Shown one piece after another: positions 1 through 13,064 of a stretch of 64,000 bases of DNA; position 1 is the first letter of the stretch, and every line of letters starts with the position of its first letter. A program made the translations under genes and the position numbers. Under the pieces are notes generated by a model. That model saw only the letters and a program-made list of their open reading frames with translations, was not told the DNA's origin and ran no database searches. This DNA comes from Gonapodya sp. JEL0774 (Eukaryota): the NCBI GenBank assembly GCA_027604505.1, contig JADIIX010000014.1, forward strand, positions 1-64,000. Direction: 5' to 3'.

Positions 1-687
1 GTTTCACTGGATTGAGGGTCCCTGCTGCCAAACAGCTGTGGACCTACACACAGAGAGCATACAATTTTGGAGTGTGAACATGTTTCTGGGCAGTTTTGTG
101 TTTGATTTTGGTTTCTGAATGGGCTGCACCCTGCACTGTGCTATCAGTGTGAAGAGGGGCACAATGTGATGGGTTTGGAGACATGTCCATTAATACTTTT
201 AGCATTCTTCTTACTCAAAAGGCGAGGGGGCCTCAGTAAACAACCGCTTTTTGTGCTCTCTTCACTAACAGAGCAGGTCGTCATGGAGCAAACACAGTAT
301 CCCTTGGGGATAGCATTCCATTTGAAGTAAATGATGGTCCATTGAGCTGAGATTTCTTCATCAAAATCAAATTAGATGTGGTTGCTTGCTGGCTGAGCAT
401 CATGGCTTGGTTTCATGGGCAAAGTCAACTTTTGGGGACGTTGACTTGGAGTCAGTGTCCTCAGAGGACACACCATGGGCTGTTTCACTGGATTGAGGGT
501 CCCTGCTGCCAAACAGCTGTGGACCTACACACAGAGAGCATACAATTTTGGAGTGTGAACATGTTTCTGGGCAGTTTTGTGTTTGATTTTGGTTTCTGAA
601 TGGGCTGCACCCTGCACTGTGCTATCAGTGTGAAGAGGGGCACAATGTGATGGGTTTGGAGACATGTCCATTAATACTTTTAGCATT
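1..687. repeat. Direct repeat: 1-206 is identical to 482-687 (period 481 bp; first copy cut by the window start)
   Basis: GTTTCACTGGATTGAGGGTCCC...TAATACTTTTAGCATT is read at both 1-206 and 482-687; the copies diverge immediately afterwards. Confidence 0.95.
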
Positions 688-2640
688 TGTGTCTTTCCCA
701 ATGAGTGGTATCGGATGTTAGGGTAACGGCATCTAGTCTGGTTTGGCAGATGTCAAATGTTGGCAGATTGGGTGGGAGCAAGATTTCTGTTTTCAAGTCA
801 CATCCTTGCTTAGGTTTGTCTCATCTCCAAATACCAATGATAGAGTTGAAACAGGAATATTCAACTGGTTCTCTTGTAGAGCATTAAATTCTGAGATTTT
901 GGCTGAGTTTTCCGTACACTGTGAGCACTGAATTTACAGTAGTCAGTATAGCAGGGCATTTGGGTTGCAACTAGGGACTACGTCACAGTCTCAACATGCT
1001 CTTCAAGTAAGGTGTGTTTGTATGACTTTGCCTAATTGACAAGAAGCATTTTCTCACATGTGAACCTAATAGTTGCCGTGGGCACCATACAATGGAGGGA
1101 GAGACAGCTTACTTTATGATACTGCAGCTTGTGTGTTGGAGTCATCACAGTCTCATGGCTACACATTCAGTGAACATCTTACATGCCTCATAGATAGTAT
1201 CAAGAGTACACATCCACACCAGTTGCAATTGTTGTACCGTTGACTGGACAACAAGAGGTCCTGGTGGACCCAGTCCTCCATTTGTGAGTTGGTTCTGTCT
1301 GCTCAACACGAGTCTCACAGCAAGTTATGAACAATTTGATATTATCTTCATTTCCACCACCCATTGCAACAGTTTACTGTCACTAACTCAATGCAAAACT
1401 TTAGTGTCTGATAAGGATGTAAGTGACCACAAGCACACCAAGCACTATAGGTGGTTTCTTGGGGTAATGTGGACATCCACTACATTGTTTCCTGCAATCT
1501 GGATATTTGCTGTTGGTTGCCTAACTAGTTACCACAGCACCCTTTCACCAATCCCAATCGATGATCAACTTCCAAGAAACTCATTTGCTGGGAATATAAG
1601 TACTATTTAAATTGCATAATGTGACCTTTGCCAGAGCAACTTGACTCAAAGCCTCTATGATCAAACTTTGCTGTGTGAGTTTGTGGCAAGTGAACGGAGA
1701 AAGAATTGCAAAGAGCAAATGGAACAGCTTACATTCACCTTTTTATGTGCAAGATTATGTTTAACAGTGATAAAGTAAAGCAGGGATGTAGTACTGTAGG
1801 CACTCTGATGTCCCCAATTGTGTAACCAGGGTGACATAGAGCTTGCCACTGGGTGGGAGGTTAGATGAGGTTTGAGGGTTTAGGGATGTGGTGTAGTGGC
1901 CACCAGATGATAGTGTAGGCACGGTGTAGATTCTTTTCTTAGGTTTGACAGATATCACTGCATCTCTAGGTACAACGGAAGTGTGTTGTATTTGGTTTTC
2001 TATATTCACATTGTGTCTCTAGCTACTCTGGTTTGAGTGGTGACCTCTAGGCAGGTCACAACAACCTTTTTGGAGTACAGTTTCTTCATCTTGGGCAGCA
2101 ATGTGTCCAACCAGTTGAGCCCCATGGTTGTGATTTTGATGTGGCGGAGGTTGACAGGTTGGCACACAGACGGGATTGCTACGTGGAGAGGTTAGTACGT
2201 TAGGTTGGATTGGGTTAGATTGATGGGCAGGATTGACATGTGAATTGATGTTGCTCCCCCCACTTGCCCCACCATCCATCTCCACCACGCTTCCATTTCC
2301 CTCCCCCACCCATAAACCCCCAGTTGGAGAGCGCACCACCACTCACCTAATGTTGCGTCACAGTATTGCACAGCTTGGTCCTCAGAGTACACGCAAGACA
2401 AACCCAGAACTAGAGCATCTGTCAATTCACATGTCAAGCTTTACATAAGTTCCCATTATATCAAATAGACTGTACGTACTGACTTTTTGCTCCAAGTTCC
2501 ACAAGCTGGTGTACTACCCTCCTTGATCCACTTCACAAGGTACTTCTTGATCATGCAAAGTTGAGCCATCTGCATGAAACCCTTTCTGATACACTTTACA
2601 CATGTCATATCGTCCACCAATGGCTCATGACTCACCTCAT
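1..2640 (-). mobile_element. Degenerate transposon-like relic (possibly LTR gag/pol-derived), strongly CpG-depleted
   Basis: Only 4 CG dinucleotides counted in 1-660, with abundant TG/CA. No long ORF and no clear intron pattern. There is an internal duplication and a weak Cys/His-rich segment (C..CQ...GHIAAQ) at 2019-2342 (-). No RT, integrase or transposase motif was recognised. Confidence 0.35.
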
Positions 2641-2689
2641 ATATTGTCCACATCCTCATTCCTCTGTTCCTCCGATATCCAGTTCTCTA

Positions 2690-3110
2690 GTCCTTGCTTC
2701 TTGCATTGTACTTGCTTCCCCAGTCCTGGCTTCTCCCGTTATGCTTATTGTCCTCGTTCTCACTTTCACGGTACCCTCTTCTCCGGTACTTACTTCCCCA
2801 TCTGGGCGGCTCCAGTGGTTTGATGTTCCCATCCTTCCTCCTAACATATCTTCTTCCCACGTCCTTGCGAATCCTGTCCTCACTTCTCCCGGACTTACTT
2901 TTCACGTCCTCGCTTCCCGTGTCCTTGCTTTTCCGTTCTTGCTTTCCCGTCCTTGATGCCTTTGTTCATGCGTCTCCCGTCCTGGTTTCTCCTGTCCATA
3001 CTCGTTCGTCCTTGCTCAATCCATGTGCTTCTCCCGTCCTCGCATAACCATTCTTCACTTCTCCTGTCATTGCTCCTCCCGTCGCTGCTTGTCCTGTCCC
3101 TCCTATCTTC
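2690..3110. repeat. Degenerate ~15-nt tandem repeat (consensus ~GCTTCTCCCGTCCTC) in a pyrimidine-rich block
   Basis: Recurrent variants such as gcttctcccgttatg, acttctcccggactt, gcgtctcccgtcctg and gcttctcccgtcctc; they translate as VLASP repeats (+) and RTGEA repeats (-). Confidence 0.7.
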
Positions 3111-5552
3111 CGTCACCCATTCCTCCTCTTATTACGTATTGCCCATCTCTGTCACACATTCCTCCCCTCCCTCCTTTCTTGTGCTCCCGTGTTTCCCATT
3201 CTCCACTTCTTCCATCTTCCTGTTTCCTCCTTCTCTTGTCCTGTTTAATCTTCCTCTCTTCCTTCCGACTCCGATCCCACTGTCCCATGTTTTCATTCCA
3301 CAACCATCTCTCTGCTCTGACGGTGACAAACGATTGGCGAATACTCACTTTAAAATCTCATTTTTCATTTGCGAGGAATTAGGCGATGAAAGGGAAGTCT
3401 TCTCGTGGTTGACTTTTCATTGGGTGTCATTTCCGAAGGGATGAATCTACACGGCAATAACCCGTTGGCAGTATAGAGCGTAGAGTGTTGCATGTCCTCT
3501 CCAGAATACTAAAATCGGCGAAAGTGGCACGAGGAGAAGGGACCTTTATGAGCTTTGAGAGGTGAAAGGCATGATCCTCCGGAACGGGGAAGAACGAGTC
3601 AAGGAGAAAAGGAGCTCACATGAGCGGCCAAAAAAGTCCAAATGTCTCTATTTGGGGCAATCAAATGGCCCTCCGTTTCCTGAGAACGTCTGTTTTTCAT
3701 TGACTTTGGATCCACGCCAACTCCAGCGACACGGACAGTGACCCACGGGCCGTCGCTGAAGAGCAAACCACATTGTGTGGTTCATTGACTTGGCGTTGGA
3801 TCGACTCAAAATGGAGTTTCAACTGTCCATGGAGGTGAAATTTTACATCCCTTGCCCACCAAATTTAGTAGGTATGTACTTCTTTCGGACATCCCATCGC
3901 TCAAAAGAATTAATATTACTGAAAAGGTGGCATCTCTTGGTCCCCAAGCCGATGAGCTGATTGCCAAAGCTCGCCAGAACAACCCACGAACGCTTCTGCT
4001 CAAGATACTTGTGGGTGCAGTGAGCAAATCGATTGATTTCACTGAGTATGGCTATCTTACATAACCGCATCATCCACCTGAAAGTTGAATTTACCCCTCA
4101 ATCGACTGGATTTCGAAGAGTGGGTCCGCAACTTTTTAGAGATTTTTTGGAGTCTTTTGAACTGACTGATCTTCCAAGCATCCCCCTTTCATGGCTATCG
4201 CGTCGCAACGAGATTTATAAGGCCGTGAGTATCGCTCGGTTTACATAATTGAACTCGGTCCTGTCCACTGTTAGGTCCCTGTTTTTGAAGGCGATCCTTA
4301 CACAGCAATAGCAGAGTATCGTGCGGGTGGAAGCGTTGTTAATCGTCGCTACTTACTTCCAAGAGGGGTCAAGTCAGGAAATCAATATACCATACCGTGA
4401 GCCAGCTTGACTTCTCTCACTCAAAAGTTTCTCTCTTACTGTTTCTTTGGAGAGCAGGCGCCGTGCGAATTGATTTTCCTAAGTCCAAATGCATGTATTT
4501 TCTGTTGCATTCATCATCATCTATCATTTCAATGAAGAAGAAGCAGGAGCGAATAAAATCCTCTCTTGGTGCCAGCGCTCCTCTGTCTCAAACCCCAATC
4601 TGCAAGAGAAACGAAAAATTAAAATAAAATAAGAAAGAAAAACGCCAAGGGAGAACACCCCGAGATGCCAAAACGCTCAAGTTCGGGAGGGCTGAGGGCT
4701 GCGGGCGGGGTTCCGACAAGCCCTCTCCGCCACAACTTCTGTCTCCCTTCACCCTCCGCTCCGGCTCCACGAGTCTCACGTCTGTGATTTGTGCGGCCGG
4801 GGCCGGCGAGGACGAGGACAAGGCTGGGGATGCGGAAGGGGAGCTGAGTTCAGGGACATACAGGGCCGCGGCTTGGATGCAGAGGGAGGCAAGGAACGTG
4901 AAAATTGCACTAGGGGTGAGGGTGGGGGGAGTGAGGTAATGAGTGAAGGTGGGCGAGAGGTTGAGTCTTGAGAGTGTGTGTGTGATCACAGGGTCTAAAG
5001 TAAGATGGGAAGGGAGCCCCCAGTGATTCACGGCCGGGGGTATGTCGAGGTGCGTGGGGAGGGCTCTTCTTACCCCCCAGCTGCCCGGCCGTGAGCCTGC
5101 TCCATCCCCATGGCGCACCGACACCTGCACAGGCCCTCCCCACTGTACCGATCCATTTCCCGCATTTCATTCATTTCCAGACCCATCCCCCCGTGCCCTC
5201 CCTCCTCCACCAACTAATAACTAATCCACTGGTTCCCCATCAGATCCCCCGCGTCCACTCCGTCGTCGTCGTCAAGTGGGTCGCCCTAGCCGGAGCCGGG
5301 GATACCGCCGGCTAGTTGCCGGCTGGCTCGGTGGAGGATGATGAGACCGTACCGGACTGGAGTGATGCCGAGGCCAGCGCGGGAGCCTTCGCGGGTAGCG
5401 GGCGGTTGGGTGCGAGGGGGGGGGGGGGGGGGGGGGCCTGGGGGGGGGGCGCTGAATCGTGGGGGGGGGGCGGGCGGGCACCCGCGGACGCCCCGGGGGG
5501 GGTGGGGGGGCAGAACGCCGACTGCGGGGCACAAAGGGGGGACGAAACCGCG

Positions 5553-5562
5553 NNNNNNNNNN
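5553..5562. other. Assembly gap (10 N) flanked by poly-G tracts
   Basis: Run of N with long G homopolymers at ~5416-5470 and ~5575-5593. Confidence 0.98.
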
Positions 5563-6915
5563 GGGCTGTGGGGTGGGGGGGGGGGGGGGGGGGCGGTCGG
5601 GTCAATGGAGAGGGAGCGATGAATAGGATGGTGGGGGCGGCAGGAGAACGGCGAACTCACCGTGGCTGGTAGCGAGGAAGAACGAGACCTGAGTCTGACA
5701 AAGTCTGTACGAGAAGGCGAGGGAGGCAGAGGGTGGGGAAAGACCAGTGAGGAACGAGAGTACACTCCCACACGCACTCCGAGAACCACAACGTCACCGC
5801 AACTTGCGGTATCCACTCAATCCAAGGACCTTTCAAAATCCAAGTCTACACAAGAACTTTGATGCTCCCTTGGTTCCCCCTGCAACCCGACGACTCCACT
5901 GTCGGCTCTGCTTCAATCGTTTCAGACCTCCTCTGCTCCAGAAACCCGCATAAGAGACTTCCTTGCACCGCACCCGCAACCGCCACACAGCCACACCTCG
6001 AAACCCCAGCCACCCCCAATCCCCGTCAACCAACCAAGTCCCACACTGGCGACAACATTGACTGCAAACACATGCCACGTTCCTAAGGGCACACCCTCAG
6101 CGGGGAACTCTCCCTCGTCAGAGACCTTTTAGCGGTCGAGGAAGGGGTTGGCATAGTTTGCATGGCGGATGTCTGTGGTGGAGAGGTGGGAAGTGGGGGG
6201 CCGACGGCTTCAAAGTAGGACTACGGGGGTGGGAGGAGGAAGGGGGTGAGGACGGGTTGGTCAGAGCGGGGACAATTCGGATGGGGGGATGGATTGCTTG
6301 TGTTCAAAGACCATGCGTGAGATACACTTGTGATTCGTGTGGAACACATCCGGAGGTCCTGGTCTGACGTGTGTCACGAGGTTGCATGAGTGAGTTTGAG
6401 TGTGTCTGCGCATACACGCAAATGGTTGGATTCCCATTAGCTGCTGAGCACTAAGGGACTTGGCGGGAGGTGGTGAGGGAGGAGCCACGGGGGGGAGGGG
6501 GGTAGGTGGACATTGGGTGTGGTGTTGGAGATGCAATGTCCGGAGACCCGAATGGCAGAAAGAGCAGCTGAACCTGTAGAAGTGAGTGTAATCAGCTATG
6601 GCTCCCCAGCTTCACTGCCACAGACAAGCTGCAGACAACTGCATTCTGGGATGGATCACGCATCAGGCCGCGCTGCAGTGCAAGGGCTGGAGTGGCATAG
6701 GGGGTCAGGGCAATGTTGTATGAAGAAGTGGGATTCTCAAAAGTTGATGATGAAGAAGAGTTACGAGTGCTAGAACATTGGAGTGCGAGTAGGGGGAGAA
6801 AGTAGGATACAGTAGGAGAGAAGGTTGAGAGAGTTGATGAACGAGATGGAGATTTTTCAACAGAGAAGGACAAGCCAGTCCGAAGTTTGGAGAAGGTGGC
6901 ATTCACAAAACTGTA

Positions 6916-8888
6916 TCAAAATATAGTTGGATTTGCTTTCCTTGTGGTTTCCATGATCTTGAACCCATTCTTGTAAAAATTAGTCTTCAGCCATTCACTG
7001 CTGTTGCCTTCTACCATTCTCTTCTTGGGGTCTCGATGGAGGAGGCTCGCAAGAAGTGGTAGCAATCCTTTAGCAACACGTAACAAAAGAGATCAACAAT
7101 GTTATAGGAAAGAATACAGACCAGTTCTCTGGAAAAGAACTCCTAACCTTTATCCACCGAGGGTGTAGATTGTACACTTGGGTGGCGTTTCGCGAGGTTC
7201 GGATCAAAGGACCCCGCTGGTGCTAAAACAGAGTAAAGAGTGCAATAAAAACCATACACAACCATAATATACAACTCGCAAACCAAGGAGATCTAGGCGT
7301 AACATACCTGGAAGGGCATCCTCAATGCTCTCGAACATGAAGCCGAACAGCAAATACAATATGAGTCCACAATGCCATAAATCCATTGCATAAGGACTCT
7401 CGCGTTTGTGGTTGTAGCCTGGAGGATCATGTGTGTGATTTGGAAAGCCTACTTTCCTGTTGTAAGGTGGGTCATTGCTCCCATGGTGTTCGACGGCGAG
7501 ACTCATATCAATAAGCTAATATGTAATTTCGAAAATGTAAGTGGAGTGCATTGATGATGAAGAGCAATTAAAGAATCTGATGATAAACTCCTACCTTCAC
7601 CTTGAAATGCGATACCAGCATGTTCTTGAAAATATCACCATGTGCAACTCCTTTGGCATGCATCCTGCTCACCGCGTCCAGTACTTGAGTGGCCCAAATC
7701 ATCCGATGGTTTAGAGACAGATCATTCAGTTTTTCTGGGACCAAGTAATCCGAAAGAAGACCTTCAATGTCTGCAGGATCCAAATTGTTATAAGCCCATT
7801 CTGAGATAATCACAGTCCCAAATTCGCGTTTGCCAGGTGATGATGGCACGGTAGGGTCCAGGGGGAAAACAAAGAACCCCGTAACCTTGGGAATGAGGTC
7901 AATGTCATCACAGGCAAACTGCGCAAATAGTTCTCGTGGAGTAGGGGGGATGCTATTCACTCCCAACCGATGCAAAAATAGTGGTCTCGACGCCCCATCC
8001 CGCCTCGAGAGTTCTGTGAAGATGTGATCGTATGTTATACCATTGAAGGACTCGGTGTATGCTGCAGTAGTTTCTGAATTATAGGGTGACAACATCACTT
8101 TTATGGCACGCTTGGGGGTTTTCGGAGGTTCCATAAAAAACTCGACCACTTTGGGACCTCCAAAAATACTGACAAGGCATACCTTATCCCTATGTAGATC
8201 TGACCCACTCAATGTCTCAACCATTGCAGAAGCTACGATGCCAAAACTTCCAACTCCCACTCTTCGGATAGTTGAACGATCCAGTTTCTCCAAAAACTGC
8301 TCTCCGAGAAGGCAGTCCCACGCGTTCGCCCGAATAAGTGAGTCTATGTGCTTTGTGGTGTGCCCCGGCGCCAAATTGAGAAACTCTCTCATGATCTGAT
8401 CACCTCGTGGTTTCAGATACTCTGCAAGGGCGTAAGTATTGCGTGCATTATTTCCTATAAAATGATCACCTTAGCGTAGCTTACACAAATTCAAAATTGG
8501 AGATATAAGTCTTCATGCATACCCGTGGTTGGTGGCGCCCCTTCCTGCAGGGCCCTTCGAAGACCAGTGAAAAATTCGCTTTCGAACATATGGATATGAT
8601 GTATTGACATAAATGCCACGAATTAGAGCTCTTACGTTCTTCGCATATCCGTGTCGACGCCAGCTTCATCATCTGTTTCGGTAGTTCGAGAGTTTCCCTT
8701 GGAGGTCTTTGAAGTGCTTCCTTCCATATCTCCGAATCTTCCTCAGCGTCCCCATCTACTACTCGCACACTCGGCGGTGGCAGCCCACTAATTAGGTCGA
8801 AAAATTCCGAGTTCTGTGGTGAGTCGAGCTCGAGCTCTGTCGGCACCATTGATGCTGATTCTCCGCTGTCTCTCTGAGCTGTATCCAT
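6916..8888 (-). CDS. Atypical Ser/Thr protein kinase-like gene, multi-exon (possibly decaying)
   Basis: Gly loop GVGSFG, RAIK, catalytic loop HGDIFKN. Intron 7516-7594 joins HFKVK to LIDMSLA (DFG equivalent). Subdomain IX DLWHCGLILYLL and subdomain XI LLHRDPKKR are present. The 5' end is uncertain. Confidence 0.85.
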
Positions 8889-11610
8889 GGGTGAGTCTTG
8901 ATGATTCCACCGTGCGCTTGTGTTTCTCTCGGCTCAGTCTTTATTTCGACTTCGGGACTTTGATGGAGTGAAAGGATATTCACACGGCGCACACTGCCGG
9001 CCAACAATGTCGTCCTCCTCCACCACATTCGGAGTGCTGAGGGCGCGAATTACATAAAAGCTAAATAGATTGATTTGCGAACCCCAAATACATGACCGAT
9101 AATATCGAACTAAGTGCAAATCTGAGGTGAAAGGAATAGAATCACACTGAAACCATAGTTGGTCAATGGTGACCACGCCGCAGATAGTAGCCCCGTCCAG
9201 TGTCCATGGTTCATTCCCCCGACGCAATCATTGTATACACAAGAGAACATGGGCGGACTGTGTTCCGGCTTCGCACCACGCTTGCACAGTGAGCACCGCC
9301 ACCACGGAATTCAACTCACCTCCGCAACTTCGCTGATCCTGCTGAGCCAAAAAGAAATCACATTGTCTGCGAGAGAGGGCGCAGAGTAGAGTACAAGGAT
9401 CAATCCCCACTGTGACCGCGAGGAAAGGTAGACTGGCATTTGACAGCAACTCACACAGAGAACGGAGAACGGGAAACGAACACCGTGGAGGTGAACACGG
9501 TGGAGAGAGGGCAGACCGGACATGAGACTGGGCGCCTAGGGTCAGAGCGAGGATTGGTGGGTCCACGACTCAGCGTGCCACTTTGAAGTCGACACCGTGG
9601 CCTTGGCGGACGAGGGATAGGCCCGGGCTGGGTGTGCGTTCCGCCACCAGAAGGGGCGGGTGGCGGTTAGCTCGTCGGCGTAGCCGTAGCTAGAAACTTG
9701 CCCGGACCCCGAAGCGGATCTGGATCCGTACCCATAGTGCGACTGGGCTTGAAACGAAGTACACTGTCCGTATCGCCCCTGTCCATGTCGCTGTTGACTT
9801 CCTCCAGGCCCCCTATCCACAGCGTACCTCCCAACGACCTTCTGCCTGCCACCGTCACCACCGTATCCATCGTACTGCCCCGTGTTCTGCCCGCCCCGCG
9901 GACCAGCGGCGGTGGCGGTAGTCCTGTCGATGGACGTGTTGGCGAGGCAGGAGCCGAGGTTGGCGAGTTCAACGGAGACGAGGGGGGAGAGGTCGCGGAA
10001 GCCTGAGCGGGGAAGGAGTGGGGGCGAGTGTGGGGGAGACAAGGGACCGAGGGTGAGGGTTAGGGGGTAGTTGTTTAGTGTACAAGGTTTGTGGGTGATC
10101 AACAATGCGGTCCGTGTCCGGTTGATAACTGTGACTCGATGGTTACCACAGCAAGTCAGCGCGCACACACCCCACTCCCACCCATTCCAGCCTCGAACAG
10201 GTCCCACACGCTCATCACCTCCCAGATGGTTCCGAACCGATCCTCACCACCCTCTCACAGCTGTCCATCCATCACCAAAAACATTCCCCTCCATCACCAC
10301 TCCACCAAGTCCAATTTTCGGCACCGTACGCACCTTTCTTTCACTCTCACTCGTTGCCTTGTCACCCTGATTCCCCCTTCCCCGTACCCGAGCGCCACCA
10401 GGTCCGAGTCCAAGTCCGAGTCCCGGCCTTGCCCCGGCCCAGTTGTAGCCGTGGTTCTGGTATAGGTCGGAGGGATAGGATGGTGTGGATGGTGGTTGGG
10501 CGTGGTGGGGTCTGTGGTGGTGGGAGGGGTGTGTTGTTGAGATACAGAGGCTTGGGGAGCGATGAGAGGTCACGTCCAGACTGCCAGTGTGGTGCATTGG
10601 TGGCGAGATGGGCCTGTTCAGGTCAATGGTGACCTGTTTCTTCGTCACCGTCTCTTGACTCTCCATTTGCTTCGTGCCCGTGTCCCCCACTCATCCTGCG
10701 TTGGTTGCCAATCAACGTCAATCAAAACTGGATTCACTTAGCAAGTCACGAGGTGCCGAAAGATTTCACAGCTCAATCTCCTGCAGTTAATATCTCTCTC
10801 TCACCGGGATTCAAGCATCCTGAGATTCAGGCACCTCCGCACAGTTCTCTGACGGGCAGAGCTCCTTCTCGTAAAAAGCAACTCTGACATGCAGATCCAC
10901 CGATTCGATTCGTAGCTCAGGCGACGAACTTCGTGCCTGTCGCTGTAGAAACGGTCAGAGTTGCTTTACAACCGGCTCCAGCTCAGTACATCATTGAAAA
11001 CACGCGATTAAACTTCACGCAATGCTCTCAGAATCGAGTTCTAAGTGTTCAGCGATATGGATTCTCGTTCCCTCGAACCCAATTCGCTCTCAAACAACGT
11101 AGTCAGGTTGGCGATCACTGCACGGAAGCTTACGACATGTCCCATCCACTGTTCTTCCATGTCCCGGTGTCCGAGCAAAGGTTGGTATTCTCGTGCTTGG
11201 ATTTCGAAGTCTTCTCGGACTCCAAAAACGGAGAAAATTGCGCCTTTCCACTAGCTCAACAGGCGTGCGCAGCGAAATGATGTTCCCTGGGTGTGGGCGG
11301 GAAAGGTGCGGGACGAATGAATTCATGTTGTTTGCGATTGGCAGGTATTCAACTCCAAGCACTCACCAGCAGACACAACCTCACACTTCAAACCCGAACG
11401 GACTTCGATTGTAACTAAACTTTGTACTCGAGGCAATAAAAATGCATTCGCAATAACAACCGCAGTCTCGAATACAAATTTAATGTTTTAAACATATACG
11501 TTCTCCGTGGCCGTCTTCTGTTTCTTGTTCCGCCTATCGCGGAGCTCAAGCTCTCTTTCCGCCTTCCGCGCCTCATTCTGCAAGTGCTGCGCCATCTGCT
11601 TCTTCCGGAG

Positions 11611-12627
11611 TTATAACCCCTGCCCCCGAGACTTCACTTTCTGGAAAATCTCATCAGCCTCCTCCTGAGATTCCACACAAAATGGCGCTGTGTCGTCCTT
11701 GGCACATTTGTCCTCCCCAATTTTCGACATCTCAGAGTGTGTAAAATACACAATGCTGATACGGCTTGGCCCACATACTGAGCAGTCGGACCGCACCCCA
11801 TGGCCAGCAGGCAAAACAATCAAATCCCCTGGTTCCATCCTCACCCACACGACTTCGGAATTCCCATCCTCGTCCACCAGCATAAATCCCAGTTTGTTCC
11901 CTTTGTTGTCACATGCGGTGCAGTTCACTGGGAGGGAGATCGAAATAGACCAACTGTGGCGATCGTCGGACACATCAATGTGCGAGCCTTCTTTCACCTC
12001 CCCGTTCCTGAACAACTCGGGACCAAAGTTGACTGCCAAGGCGAAGAATTCGTCGGAGTTTAGGAAAAACAGGTTTCCCTTTCGGTTCTGCTTACGCATC
12101 ACCTCTTTCCAGCCCCCTCCAACCTTCGCTTGATAATCAGCCCGAACTTTATGGTAGTAATGATAATCTCATCCATATTCTCCGAGACTAAGGAAAGAAT
12201 GTTGAGGAAATTCAACTTGTCGGAATCTGAAACTTCGCTGAATCCTGGACTAGAGTGTGCTCCTATGAGTTTGCGGGTGTGAGTTGTCTGGAAGCCTTTT
12301 TTTCTGTACCGGCGCCAGCATCCGATGTGCAAAGAAGTCTCGTTCTGGAACCTTCCCTCGCCGATCGGTTCCAAAGACTCCAACAAAAGCTTTTGCGCAT
12401 CTGGGGGAACGAGCGATGAGAAATGCAATGTGACCCTATCGCGCATGGAGTTTAAATTGACGTGGGGATAGTGGTGTTTGGGAAGGTTGATAACCTGAAA
12501 GTGTCGCGAGAATCGGGAATCGGCTATTTAAACTGTCGTGAAGGCTCTTCCGGTAATCACAGATATCGCTCACCGTTTTGCGTGTTTGCCGTTCTACCTC
12601 AATCATGAGGTGGATGTCCCGTGGCAT
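11611..12627 (-). pseudogene. TET/JBP-family 2-oxoglutarate/Fe(II) dioxygenase, apparently frameshifted
   Basis: N-terminal HIGCWRRY, AVNF strand, HxD (SHIDVSD, ~11974-11982), EPGDLIVLP strand, distal His (HGV, 11800-11802) and RISIVYFTH (~11737-11763), matching the TET/JBP RISxVxY/F strand. Intron 12495-12573 (GTGAGC...TTTCAG). Frame change near 12165 without a canonical intron. The start may lie further upstream. Confidence 0.8.
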
Positions 12628-13064
12628 CTCCCTGGATCCCGCCTTCGGAAGCTCCTTCTCCGATTCGCAGTTGTGTTTAAACTAGGATGGGGGAAGGCAG
12701 AGGGAAGCGGGCTAAAAGTCAACTTCGCAAGTTGACGGATTGCGACGTGGCTTGCGAGACCATTAGATTTGAACAACTGGTATCGTCGAGCGGCGACTGG
12801 ATCGACACAGCCCCATCGTGGGCACTGGCAGCGCTTGACGCGGTAGTAATGCGGCGGGACCACTAGACTCAATCACGCCGTTCACCGTGCGGTTTGCCGT
12901 TCGCAGCGATTTTATCGTATGGGCTGCGCCACGACAGTCACGTGACAAGTCGATTCCAGTCGCTGACGCAAAAGCGAAACAGCGCGAAAGGCGAAAAGCA
13001 CACGCGTGTTGCTTGGTAACGGAAACAAGATCAATTCTCCTCATTCCCCACTTATTGTGGCCCC

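Noticed and set aside
2561..3444. Overlapping hydrophobic or Arg-rich ORFs
   Set aside because: By-products of the low-complexity pyrimidine repeat; no domain evidence.
5272..5862. Pro/Gly-rich ORFs on both strands and possible G-quadruplex block
   Set aside because: They arise from poly-G tracts around an assembly gap, where the sequence is unreliable.
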